A DNA stretch of 46,223 nucleotides, from positions 1-46,223 of the IMG/VR virus record IMGVR_UViG_3300038312_000302. The stretch is one strand, 5' to 3'. This document shows positions 9,189 to 18,165 of the stretch, piece by piece. This stretch comes from a virus (lineage: Duplodnaviria; Caudoviricetes). Under the pieces are notes generated by a model. It did not search any database, was not told where the DNA came from, and saw only the letters and a list, made by a program, of their open reading frames with translations. The translations under genes and the position numbers were made by a program. Position 1 is the stretch's first letter, and the number at the start of each line of letters is the position of its first letter.

Positions 9189-9320
9189 TTAATATAACCT
9201 ATCATACAACTTTATAATTATACTTTCATCTGATTTCTCTACAATAACCAGGTACTTTTGAGACAGATGGCGTATTAAATCTGTGTTGAGGTCGCTTGTT
9301 TTTAGCTTTATACAGCTCAT
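9189..9320 (-). CDS. Unannotated 43-aa ORF coupled to the DGR RT
   Basis: MSCIKLKTSDLNTDLIRHLSQKYLVIVEKSDESIIIKLYDRLY; its ATG overlaps the RT stop as ATGA (9317-9320). Confidence 0.55.
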   Translation of the reverse strand: MSCIKLKTSDLNTDLIRHLSQKYLVIVEKSDESIIIKLYDRLY

Positions 9321-10453
9321 TTATATTCATTTTTTAAGGCAAGGATTTCGTAGCGACCTTTAATGTAAACGTATTTAAACATATCTGCATTTATCATAGA
9401 TAGTATATTTTTCCTATTATTATACTCATTATACTGGCGAAGTAAGCCAAGGTATGAGTTTATGGTTGACACAGATTTTTTGATTTCATTGACATTTGAG
9501 GCTCTGTTTAATTTTTTAACCGCTTGTTTGAAGTTATTTATTGTTCTGCCTCCACAATACATTCTATATGTTTTAGCGATTGCTCCGGTAAACTGTACGC
9601 CTTTTGTGTAATGTTGTAAATAAAACTTATTCTCATTTATTGCTAACCCATATTTGGCAAGATGCTCTCTGATTGGCTGAATTACTGATAGTAGTTTTTC
9701 TTTGTTCTGATGGATTAGATAGATATCATCGACATAGCGTCCGTGATGCATAATACCAAGATCGTTTAAATACCAGTCGAGATCATTTAACAAGAAATTA
9801 GCGAAATGCTGTGCATATATATTGCCAATAGCAAGACCCAAGCCATCGCCATTAGTAAATAGAGATTTATTTTTCGGTAGATGATTCCATGATTCTGAAG
9901 GACTACGCATTTCGCAATCATTTTCCGGCTTGTGAAGAGTTATAACTTCACAGACATAGCGAAGATCTTCTATATCGCTACCCTTGTAATTTTGTACGAT
10001 AAAGTTGTCAACCATTTCATGCATCATCTGCTTATTTATGCTCATGAAGAAGCCTTTAAGGTCGAGTTTCATAATATAGCAATCTTTCGTATAGCCTTCG
10101 CTGCATTCAATTATGTCATTGTACAGCATATCAACGCCGTATAGTACGCCTTTATTTTTGCGGCAGCTGAAGGATCTTTCTGATAATACTTCTTCGAACA
10201 AAGGCTCGAGGCGAAGAACAGCATAATGATGAACTATCCTATCTTCAAATGAAGCTGCAAATACCTCTCTGTGCCTTGGACGTGTAACAACAAAACAAAT
10301 TGAAGTTGAGGGTTTGTAAACCCTTCTGTTGATCCTGCCAAGAAGGTTTATCAGGCTTGCTTCGTAGTTGACTTCATAGTCCAGTGCGCTCGCTGTTCTT
10401 CTTTTGCCCGAACGGCAGTTAAAATACGCTTGAAATATATCCTCTATTTTCAT
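9317..10453 (-). CDS. DGR reverse transcriptase
   Basis: REVFAASFEDRIVHH, KLDLKGFFMSI, GLAIGNIYAQHFAN and RYVDD motifs; next to TR and avd; start MKIEDIF (the longer ORF-track start lies inside TR). Confidence 0.96.
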   Translation of the reverse strand: MKIEDIFQAYFNCRSGKRRTASALDYEVNYEASLINLLGRINRRVYKPSTSICFVVTRPRHREVFAASFEDRIVHHYAVLRLEPLFEEVLSERSFSCRKNKGVLYGVDMLYNDIIECSEGYTKDCYIMKLDLKGFFMSINKQMMHEMVDNFIVQNYKGSDIEDLRYVCEVITLHKPENDCEMRSPSESWNHLPKNKSLFTNGDGLGLAIGNIYAQHFANFLLNDLDWYLNDLGIMHHGRYVDDIYLIHQNKEKLLSVIQPIREHLAKYGLAINENKFYLQHYTKGVQFTGAIAKTYRMYCGGRTINNFKQAVKKLNRASNVNEIKKSVSTINSYLGLLRQYNEYNNRKNILSMINADMFKYVYIKGRYEILALKNEYK

Positions 10454-10468
10454 AAATGTTAGTAACAG

Positions 10469-10576
10469 ATGCTGAGACCGGACGCACATTGATGCGATTC
10501 GTCGCCTTATTGTTCGCGTTCATGTTGCCGCTATTCAGGTTCAAGTTCCACGCGTTCGTCGCCGAATTCTCCTTTG
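10469..10576 (-). ncRNA. DGR template repeat (TR)
   Basis: 108-bp ungapped match to 11092-11199; 15 mismatches, all at TR adenines on the minus strand; 11 AAY codons in the target frame. Confidence 0.96.
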
Positions 10577-10646
10577 CCATATTGATTTTCTTAACCTTAA
10601 ATGAAGGTATATAGCCCATTTATTAAATTAACATTAGCCCTCTCGG

Positions 10647-11030
10647 TTAGCCGTGACCTTCCGATTCTCGCTTTATTGCTGAAATAAGTGAATTCTTCCA
10701 AGCCGTTGACTGCCTGCCTATAGATGTAGTTAACGCTGATATTGACGCAAACTTTTTAATGCTTATCCATTTACGCTCTGACGCAATACGAATGAGCGTT
10801 TTGAGCGTTTCAAACTTGGTTTGAAAACTAGTGAGATAATCAATCCTTGTTTTCAGGGACTTATTAATGTAAGCCCCTGAAATATCATTGAGAGCTTCAA
10901 CTGAATACTCCTGCATTTTTGTTCCTATCGTAAACTTATAAGCTTTAGGAAAATCCACAGTGATGTTCAGTATCTCATCGAGAAGAGATCTACAATCTAT
11001 ATATATTTTCGTATTGCTTGATAACCCCAT
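10647..11030 (-). CDS. avd: DGR accessory variability determinant (Avd-like four-helix bundle)
   Basis: 127 aa, basic and helical, FPKAYKFTIG...IGRQSTAW pattern; located between target gene and TR. Confidence 0.88.
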   Translation of the reverse strand: MGLSSNTKIYIDCRSLLDEILNITVDFPKAYKFTIGTKMQEYSVEALNDISGAYINKSLKTRIDYLTSFQTKFETLKTLIRIASERKWISIKKFASISALTTSIGRQSTAWKNSLISAIKRESEGHG

Positions 11031-11041
11031 TTTTGATTGAA

Positions 11042-11063
11042 GCCCTGCGTTTAAACGCAGGGC
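11042..11063. promoter_or_regulatory. Hairpin/cruciform downstream of VR (DGR homing element and/or terminator)
   Basis: Perfect 22-bp palindrome GCCCTGCGTTTAAACGCAGGGC, 17 nt after the target stop codon. Confidence 0.8.
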
Positions 11064-11080
11064 AAAATAACTGTTAACAA

Positions 11081-11779
11081 TTAACCGATAAATGCTGAGA
11101 CCGGACGCACATTGATGCGATACGCCGCCTTACCGTGCGCGCCCATGGCGCCGCTATACAGGTTCAAGTACCACGCGGTCGTCGCCGAACCCTCCGTTGA
11201 TGACCAGTAAGCGCCTTCCAAAAGCGGATTACTGCCGTTAATTAGAGTTAATGCATGATTTATTTTGTGCAGATTTGCGTATATCATCATAAGCTCGCCC
11301 ATTGATGGTAGCCACCATTTGCCGGCTGTGAGGCCAGCGTTATTGGAATTAGGCCGGCTATATAAATTACAATATCCAGGGGCATACTCAACAGTATTCG
11401 TAATAGCCGCCTCTGTTGACGCAGCTACTTGAGATGCTGTGTTAGCCTTCCCTGTCCAATCGTTCAAAGCTAACACCCTGTCTGATGATGTGAAGCCACC
11501 GCCAGCGATTGCGGCACTACTCCAATATAGGGCTGCTGGTTGCGTTATGGATACGACAATATGTCGACCACCCTCAAAAACGCCAACCCCCGATGCTATT
11601 TCACCAGAATTTTGCAAAGCAGTCCATTTATGGAGCTTGCACATTAATGGATAATTATCAGACTTTCTGTGATAAACAATAAATATATTGTCAGTTACAG
11701 TGTTCAGATTTAAGTCTCCAAGAATTTCGGTTTCAATATCCGGTATAACGTTAGATAATTTAACTTTCTTCATTTGCAT
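11081..11779 (-). CDS. DGR target protein with C-terminal C-type-lectin-fold variable domain (probable receptor-binding adhesin)
   Basis: WWLPSMGEL...YWSSTE...AW...VRPVSAF pattern; VR at the 3' end; last gene of the tail-tip cluster. Confidence 0.9.
   Translation of the reverse strand: MQMKKVKLSNVIPDIETEILGDLNLNTVTDNIFIVYHRKSDNYPLMCKLHKWTALQNSGEIASGVGVFEGGRHIVVSITQPAALYWSSAAIAGGGFTSSDRVLALNDWTGKANTASQVAASTEAAITNTVEYAPGYCNLYSRPNSNNAGLTAGKWWLPSMGELMMIYANLHKINHALTLINGSNPLLEGAYWSSTEGSATTAWYLNLYSGAMGAHGKAAYRINVRPVSAFIG
11092..11199 (-). repeat. DGR variable repeat (VR)
   Basis: Encodes TEGSATTAWYLNLYSGAMGAHGKAAYRINVRPVSA; TR in the same frame reads KENSATNAWNLNLNSGNMNANNKATNRINVRPVSA. Confidence 0.96.
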
Positions 11780-11946
11780 TCTTTTTTTGTCCGATTAATT
11801 CATCGGGATTTAACAATTTATTTATTATCTCTTATTAATTAATTACTGTTTAAACTCGTTTTTTATAATTAACGAGTGTCTGTAGCGCTTCTTAAAGGAG
11901 CGTCTGGATTAATGCTGTCTATTGGCACTAATTGCTTTTCAATTAT

Positions 11947-12552
11947 CTATAATACTTTTACACCATTTCTATAAATTCCATCTCTTCTAACTTCCATTTG
12001 CCCAACTTCTATTTTTGTAGGTGTCACTCTTGAATACCATTCTACAACTGTGGGGTGATCGGTAGTACCACCATAAGAGTTGAATATGCTGACTTCATCA
12101 CTTCTGATCTCAATTCGACTTGTCACAAATACAAAGGTGGTGCCGATATAAGTTGACCATTGGTGCGTAGCTGTCAAAATACCATTTAGCACTTCGAAAT
12201 TGCCTATTTTTGCCCCATTTAAAGCTTCGAGATTACCTGTCTTTATATTAAGTGCCTGTATTTTCTCAGCTGTCACTAATGCAGCTTGAAGCCTTTCGAT
12301 ATAAGCATCCTGCATATATAAGAACTCTGCACTTTCAAGCAGTCTCCACTGTGAAGCAATCCATGAGCCCTTTGTTGCTTGATCTACATTGAGAGCATAT
12401 ACAGAATAACCCAATGCAGTACCGTCTTCTCTTTTAACAAAGGGTATGCCCGCCTCTGATATGTAGTAATCTGATGTATTGCTCCAATAGCCCATTGGAA
12501 TGTAATTGGTTGACTTAGCCAGATCTATATTTACACGTGCAGTTACTCTCAT
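11947..12552 (-). CDS. Putative tail fibre/tip protein
   Basis: Beta-rich, GAKIGNFEV repeat-like motif; coupled to the upstream gene; position. Confidence 0.55.
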   Translation of the reverse strand: MRVTARVNIDLAKSTNYIPMGYWSNTSDYYISEAGIPFVKREDGTALGYSVYALNVDQATKGSWIASQWRLLESAEFLYMQDAYIERLQAALVTAEKIQALNIKTGNLEALNGAKIGNFEVLNGILTATHQWSTYIGTTFVFVTSRIEIRSDEVSIFNSYGGTTDHPTVVEWYSRVTPTKIEVGQMEVRRDGIYRNGVKVL

Positions 12553-13586
12553 ATTCTAACATTTACTGTACAAGATGCATCAACGTATATAGATTGATGT
12601 TCCGCAATTTTCAATCCTGGTATTGTTATAGATGTATTTGTAATTGTGAATTCAGAGCTTATATCAGTACTATCACTATTCTTGTATACTTTTATCACAA
12701 ATACGGTACCTGCAACTGGTGTTCCTGTACGTGAATTTAACAGTGTGAAATTGTATGCAACATCGTCCCCGGATGCTTGGCGGGCAGTAGTTCCCTTATC
12801 GCAAATAATTGTATATGGGTCTGTGCTATCCCATACCTGACGCTGCTCTTGAGCAACGACAGTATTATTTACATAAGCGCGACAAACAACCATCAACTCA
12901 CTATCTATCATTGCTTTTGTAATAGAAAAAGTTGGTGTAGTGCCTTTTGAACGCAATACAGTACCGCCCTGATCTCTGAATTCAAACTCTACTCCAGTAT
13001 TTACCTGAGCACCTGAGTTGTATAGAGCTGCAGTCATTGTAAGTTGCGTTTCATCGCCATCAATGACATCATCAGCCATGTTCAAAAACAAACGATATAG
13101 GTTTGATGAAGCCTCTTCAACAAGCACAGTGATTTCAGCAGCAACATTTACTGTTTGTCCGCTTGCAAACACAGTGCCTGTAAACGTAATAGTATCACTA
13201 TCGTTATTTGTGTCTGAAGCTATATTACCTATCAAGCGTAATGCTTTACTACCGTTGTAATCGATTTGCTTTATTTTACCTGCAGCTAAATCGGGAGCAG
13301 TTGCAACACCTTGAGTATCAAATGCCATTGCTACACCGTTATACTTCCAGGCAACGTTGGCTGGCACCAATACACTTGCCTGCATAACTGAGTAGACACG
13401 TGGATAAACAGCTGGTCTATCACTATCATTCATTGTAGCCCAATTGGGAGAGTGGTCCTGCGTGCCTTTTTTAAATGTCTGATAAAGAGGTGCTGTAGCA
13501 TTAAGAGTTGTATTTAGGTTGTCTCCATTCTGCAACAGATTTATACTTATTCCTCCTGATACTTCTGTACTAGCCATATTATTCAA
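12549..13586 (-). CDS. Putative tail-tip structural protein (Ig-like beta domains)
   Basis: 345 aa Thr/Val/Asn-rich; overlapping gene chain in the tail cluster. Confidence 0.55.
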   Translation of the reverse strand: MNNMASTEVSGGISINLLQNGDNLNTTLNATAPLYQTFKKGTQDHSPNWATMNDSDRPAVYPRVYSVMQASVLVPANVAWKYNGVAMAFDTQGVATAPDLAAGKIKQIDYNGSKALRLIGNIASDTNNDSDTITFTGTVFASGQTVNVAAEITVLVEEASSNLYRLFLNMADDVIDGDETQLTMTAALYNSGAQVNTGVEFEFRDQGGTVLRSKGTTPTFSITKAMIDSELMVVCRAYVNNTVVAQEQRQVWDSTDPYTIICDKGTTARQASGDDVAYNFTLLNSRTGTPVAGTVFVIKVYKNSDSTDISSEFTITNTSITIPGLKIAEHQSIYVDASCTVNVRI

Positions 13587-13956
13587 TTATTTCTGGTTCG
13601 GGTTCTGTAATGTCTGGATCTGTATCCGGTTCTGTTGAATCGGGATCTACTGCTTCTTCTACGGGTTCTTCCGGATCAGTAATTTCAGGATCTATTATTT
13701 CTTCTACAGGCTCCTCTACTGGCTCTTCAGGAGTAGTAGCTTCTGGATCTGTAGCCTCTGGTTCTGAAGAGTCAGGCTCAGAAGGTTCTACATACTCAAC
13801 ACCTCCAAGCGCTGAAACCCTCTCTTCAATTGTTAGAGATATCATCCTTATATCTTTTTCACTTAAGAGGAGATCTTCTCCATCTTCTGTTCTTAATGTA
13901 GAATCCAATCCTGCACGCACTGCGTGTTCTTTTTTTATTCTGTAATATTTTTCCAT
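13579..13956 (-). CDS. Hypothetical protein with acidic Pro/Glu low-complexity C-terminus
   Basis: EPSEPD..PEEPVEEPVEE..TDPEEPVEE repeats; tightly coupled to both neighbours. Confidence 0.7.
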   Translation of the reverse strand: MEKYYRIKKEHAVRAGLDSTLRTEDGEDLLLSEKDIRMISLTIEERVSALGGVEYVEPSEPDSSEPEATDPEATTPEEPVEEPVEEIIDPEITDPEEPVEEAVDPDSTEPDTDPDITEPEPEIIE

Positions 13957-15041
13957 TATGCTCCGTATGTTTCAACAGTTAATACATTATCTAAATCATC
14001 TGTAAGAAGTGCCTCTTCACCTGCATCATCAACAGTTACAGCAGCAAAAGCTTCTCTACGCTTTAAATCAGGGTATATCTGCAAATCAACTGCAGTTAAA
14101 TCAATAGAAGATACCGGTATCTTTACAGATGCTCCAGTCGCCACTTCTCTCTCAACCCCATTCTCGCTTATTATCCAATTAACCAGGAATGCAGCATCAA
14201 CATCAACGTTTCCTAAAGTGTCTGTTATTATGACCGAGCAGTTGAGTTCTGTTGTCCCTGGCATTATTGGTAATTCAGGTATCCTTACTTCAGTTCTGAA
14301 GGAGTTGAATTTACGAATGAATGTAACCGTATCTGAAGCAATCAATTCTTCACCTTTCCAAGCCTCACATTTGATTTGTTCGTGATCTATATAGGTTTTA
14401 TCGACTGTCAATGTTCTGCCATCTGCAGAAACAACATCGCCGTATAATTCATTTTCAATTGCATCTAAGCCAGCTGAGTTGAGCCATTTGAATATTATGC
14501 CTGTAAAATCTGTTACCTCTGTATTCCCTTTCTTGAGAGTAGCAGTAACAGTTGTAGTAGTGTTAGGATTTCTGTATGCATCGAAATATACAGCACCTCT
14601 TTGAGAAAGATTTAGTATATATTGAGGCTCTGCCTTCAACAACGTTCTGAGCGTTACACTGTCTTCACGCTCGTAAACTTTGTCGTTGCGGGGATCTACA
14701 AACTTCGTGATAGCCTTAACAACTACAGATGTACCTGAAGTAATGTTTTTTGTAACTTTTACAGCATCGGTACCAATCAGTTCGTAACCCGAAGTGGATG
14801 CTGTTATCAGTTCGCCATTCTCGTAAAAAAGAGTTGTAGGTGCAATTGTAATTTCACCATCAGGATTTACAACTGAAACTATATGTTTTAAGAGCACAGG
14901 AGAAGCCGGTACTCCTTCACGATTTGGCGTATAGCTTACTCCATCAAAAAATTGAACAGCTGAGCCACCTGTTAACTGTAGTGTGCCTGACACCTGCAAC
15001 GGTGTAAATTCTACTTGTATTTTATTTCCTGATAATCTCAT
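13956..15041 (-). CDS. Putative tail-tip structural protein (Ig-like beta domains)
   Basis: 361 aa beta-rich; position. Confidence 0.55.
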   Translation of the reverse strand: MRLSGNKIQVEFTPLQVSGTLQLTGGSAVQFFDGVSYTPNREGVPASPVLLKHIVSVVNPDGEITIAPTTLFYENGELITASTSGYELIGTDAVKVTKNITSGTSVVVKAITKFVDPRNDKVYEREDSVTLRTLLKAEPQYILNLSQRGAVYFDAYRNPNTTTTVTATLKKGNTEVTDFTGIIFKWLNSAGLDAIENELYGDVVSADGRTLTVDKTYIDHEQIKCEAWKGEELIASDTVTFIRKFNSFRTEVRIPELPIMPGTTELNCSVIITDTLGNVDVDAAFLVNWIISENGVEREVATGASVKIPVSSIDLTAVDLQIYPDLKRREAFAAVTVDDAGEEALLTDDLDNVLTVETYGA

Positions 15042-17635
15042 ACTTCTAGATAATTTGAAATTGTGTTTATACTTGAAGCAGGGTAAGTGGCCGTGCAGAT
15101 GAATCTTACAGGATTAGTTTTAGTCCAGTTTACCCCCATATCTGCACTTGTTAATTCTAACAATCTACCGGTACCCTTTTCAATATTCCAGATAGTATCG
15201 GCTGTTTGATCTCCGCTCTCACGTGTCCAGCGCCACTGCTCATCAACAATGTCTATACTTACATTTGTATTACCTAGAAAAACAATTGGGGTGATAGTTG
15301 TCTTTACGCTGCCTGCGAAGAAAGCGTAACCATTACTGCTGTCGAATTCTATTCTGGCATCAGATCTGCCCTCTATCATGTACCAAGCGGACGACGTCCA
15401 GGATGGCTCCTCAGTCGTGCTCTCGGAAAAGCACCGCCAGCGGCATCCATGGTGCCAAACGTCATCAGTCCCGTTCTCATCATTGTTATAATATATCACA
15501 CCAGCTTGCCATGGTCCCCTGTCATTGATTTCCCGGACAGGTACCCCCTGGTAATCTACCCTAATGATATCTTCAACCACCAATCCTGCAGCATATAAGT
15601 ACGGAAGTCCTTCCTTGAGTGGTAAATTATCAAACTTGCTTTTGAAAGACTGTGCAACATCAAAGCTGGCTACCAATGTGCCGTTAAGAAAATCACTTGC
15701 ACCATCATATAACTGAAAACCGCCCAGCTTAGATGAAAACACCATATATCGTTGCTGATCAGGATCAGTAATGTGGCCAACTCTTGCTACGTTCATGAAA
15801 GGCTGTGGTGGTAAGTTGTAACCGGATGGAGTGTCGGTATCAGCAACCAACGTTACTTTTATGAATGTTTGCCCGACCTCTTCAATTCTCATACAGGAAG
15901 TGGAAACTATTCCCGATGTTACAGCATTGTTAAATATACCTTTTATCAGTGTGCCGGCAGAATAGGCAATAGCTTCACCTTCTTCCAGCTTCATGTTCAA
16001 CTGATAACTGCGGTCAGACAGATGTTCAACAGATTCAATTATTCCTCCTGGAGTTAAAATAAACTCATCTCCAATTACGGTTAATCGGTTATATCGCAAT
16101 TCTGGAACCTCCAAGAGAGCACGCAAACGCAATGAAGTTGCTTCGATGTGACCTAACTCATCTATTCTTGCACCTTTTCCGGCAAACATGCCGGGAATAA
16201 AACCAAGAGTTTCAAAACCTTTTGCGAGCGTTATCAATCCCTGTGCAGTATCCGGGTTGATTTTTGAAAGGAAGTACTCAGAACCGTTCTCCTGAATCAC
16301 CTTCGCAATTTCAAGCAAAGCTCGAGCTGCAGAAAAAACATTAAAATCAGACGGTTCTAAAGGAGAATCAACTCGAAGTATATCTACTAACTCACCACCG
16401 CCTTCGCCTGCTTCAATTGATTGAAGAACTTTTGCAACTGCAGCTGAAAGGATTGCACCAATAGTTGTTACCTTCGGATCCTCATTGTTAGGATCAAAAG
16501 CAGGCAAAATTACCCCCTCGTGAAGTGGTACTCTCGGGTACTCAGACAACCGAGGGGGTAAATGAAAATCCGGCGAGTCAAGGTTTGGTATGGTTATACT
16601 TGCCGGAATAGCTTCCTGGTTACGAATAAGGTTGAGCAGGGCAGCTTCGTTCTCTTCTGTGAAATGATAGCTAAAATTGTATGATGATGGCAGTGCAGCT
16701 GCCGAATATTTCACATCGCTATCAGAAACTACTATTCGTCGGATAGCGGACACGTGATAAATATATTTCTGTATAGCCGGGAAGAAGTCCAATAACCAAC
16801 GACGTTCGTAATCATCGAGATATCCTGTGTTCTGATTATAAACCCGTTTCGTATCGACTAGGTATTCCTTAGAAATATTGTCGGTAGATGACAACTTATG
16901 ATCATACTCACCAGTGAAATCGGTATCACCTGATGTACGGATGGTATCGAGTCCACCAAGGGAGTTTTCAAATAGAAACCACTGTTCGAGATCTGATTTC
17001 TGCTCGGTATAAAGGTATCGTTGAATGTATGTGAGACGTGTGCCGGTTAAATTCTCTACCCAAACATCGTAATGTGTAGGGTATTTCTGGCCGAGCAACC
17101 CTGAAACAATTGCATACTGTAGGTTGAAAGTGAAGGCTTTCCCGGCTACGCATGAGCCCAAGGTAATAAGTGTTTGTTCAGCGTCCGGGAAAGTTGCCTT
17201 CAGTTTTACAGTGCATGCTTCCTGAGCATAGTATGTGATCCACTCCGGGGAGTAGTAGGTAATTTGCTTATTGGTTGGTTGCCAGGTGAGGAAATTGCCA
17301 CGCAACCAATTTGTAACTGTGTCGACCAAGTTTGCAATGCCGGCACGAATAACCTTAAATGTATGAGATGATCCATCTATTATGGCAGTAAATGTCTTGA
17401 CAATTTCTGTCTGTTCATAGAAATTATTGTGTGAAAGAGTATATGACAGACGATTTTCTATGATGTCTTTCACATCAATAGTAGCACGTCCATCCACCCC
17501 TGGCTCATAAGTGGCAGACAGAAGGGTAGTGATGCCCTCTTTGAGCTCAAAAACTATCTGACTGCCGGAACTGACAATGAATTTCTTCATATTGCCCGAC
17601 ATAGACAAAGCATCCGGTTGTTGAATTATAGCCAT
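15038..17635 (-). CDS. Large tail/baseplate structural protein
   Basis: 865 aa; FENSLGGLDT and LEVPELRYNR motifs recalled from Bacteroidetes phage tail proteins (unverified); first gene after the lysis cassette. Confidence 0.6.
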   Translation of the reverse strand: MAIIQQPDALSMSGNMKKFIVSSGSQIVFELKEGITTLLSATYEPGVDGRATIDVKDIIENRLSYTLSHNNFYEQTEIVKTFTAIIDGSSHTFKVIRAGIANLVDTVTNWLRGNFLTWQPTNKQITYYSPEWITYYAQEACTVKLKATFPDAEQTLITLGSCVAGKAFTFNLQYAIVSGLLGQKYPTHYDVWVENLTGTRLTYIQRYLYTEQKSDLEQWFLFENSLGGLDTIRTSGDTDFTGEYDHKLSSTDNISKEYLVDTKRVYNQNTGYLDDYERRWLLDFFPAIQKYIYHVSAIRRIVVSDSDVKYSAAALPSSYNFSYHFTEENEAALLNLIRNQEAIPASITIPNLDSPDFHLPPRLSEYPRVPLHEGVILPAFDPNNEDPKVTTIGAILSAAVAKVLQSIEAGEGGGELVDILRVDSPLEPSDFNVFSAARALLEIAKVIQENGSEYFLSKINPDTAQGLITLAKGFETLGFIPGMFAGKGARIDELGHIEATSLRLRALLEVPELRYNRLTVIGDEFILTPGGIIESVEHLSDRSYQLNMKLEEGEAIAYSAGTLIKGIFNNAVTSGIVSTSCMRIEEVGQTFIKVTLVADTDTPSGYNLPPQPFMNVARVGHITDPDQQRYMVFSSKLGGFQLYDGASDFLNGTLVASFDVAQSFKSKFDNLPLKEGLPYLYAAGLVVEDIIRVDYQGVPVREINDRGPWQAGVIYYNNDENGTDDVWHHGCRWRCFSESTTEEPSWTSSAWYMIEGRSDARIEFDSSNGYAFFAGSVKTTITPIVFLGNTNVSIDIVDEQWRWTRESGDQTADTIWNIEKGTGRLLELTSADMGVNWTKTNPVRFICTATYPASSINTISNYLEV

Positions 17636-18159
17636 TATTTTACTCGATTATAAATTATATATAATATCACTGCTGTGATTAAAACTACAGAGAGAATTAC
17701 CCATAGCCAATCACTGCCCTGTATGGGCCTAGAGTCAGTATCCGTTTTAGTCTTTTCTTGTTTTACAACTGTGCTTGAGTCTCTTGTTGTAATGATTGTT
17801 TTCGAACCCTCTAAGGAAAGAGTTCGTTCAGTTCGCTCTTCTGAAGCCACACTTCCTTGCTGTCTGTCCCGCCACGTTTCAGATACTTTTCGTATGCTTC
17901 CCGTTGAGTCGAATTCAGTAACTCTTGTGAAACTTTGCTCAACTTCTGATCCGCTTCGATCTGATCTTTCTTCAACGACTTCCAAAGTTCGAATTGAATC
18001 AATCCTTCGTTCAATTCGCTCAGATTCCACAGCATAAGATTCATGTCTGGATGTGTCTTTTTTAGCACGGCAGCCAATAAGAGAAAATAAACACATAAGA
18101 AAAATAGCCCCAACAAGGAGATGAAAACGATTAATAATATTTCTAATATCATATTTCAT
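17635..18159 (-). CDS. Unimolecular spanin-like lipoprotein
   Basis: Signal peptide with lipobox LIGC and a C-terminal TM helix WLWVILSVVLITAVILYII; directly after the endolysin. Confidence 0.75.
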   Translation of the reverse strand: MKYDIRNIINRFHLLVGAIFLMCLFSLIGCRAKKDTSRHESYAVESERIERRIDSIRTLEVVEERSDRSGSEVEQSFTRVTEFDSTGSIRKVSETWRDRQQGSVASEERTERTLSLEGSKTIITTRDSSTVVKQEKTKTDTDSRPIQGSDWLWVILSVVLITAVILYIIYNRVK

Positions 18160-18165
18160 ATTTAA

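Noticed and set aside
10454-10489. N-terminal extension MCVRSQHLLLTF of the RT
   Set aside because: The GTG lies within TR; ATG at 10453 gives a typical DGR RT start
10419-10619. 66-aa Asn-rich ORF resembling the DGR target C-terminus
   Set aside because: It is the template repeat read in frame; TRs function as RNA and the ORF overlaps the RT start
11869-11946. In-frame continuation of about 25 codons after the TAG of 11947-12552 (possible amber read-through or recoding)
   Set aside because: Short, and other genes are intact under code 11 with no suppressor tRNA; no support for recoding
13610-13945. Ser/Gly-rich 111-aa plus-strand ORF
   Set aside because: Antisense mirror of the Pro/Glu repeat gene, open only because of the repeat's codon composition
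11947-17635. Second DGR variable repeat or invertible shufflon among the tail genes
   Set aside because: No further TR-like copy or invertase seen by eye; a BLASTn of TR against the window would settle it
17811-18152. 113-aa alternate-frame ORF nested in the spanin gene (possible Rz/Rz1-type pair)
   Set aside because: It has a hydrophobic N-terminus but no lipobox, and the host gene already has complete u-spanin topology; not fully excluded
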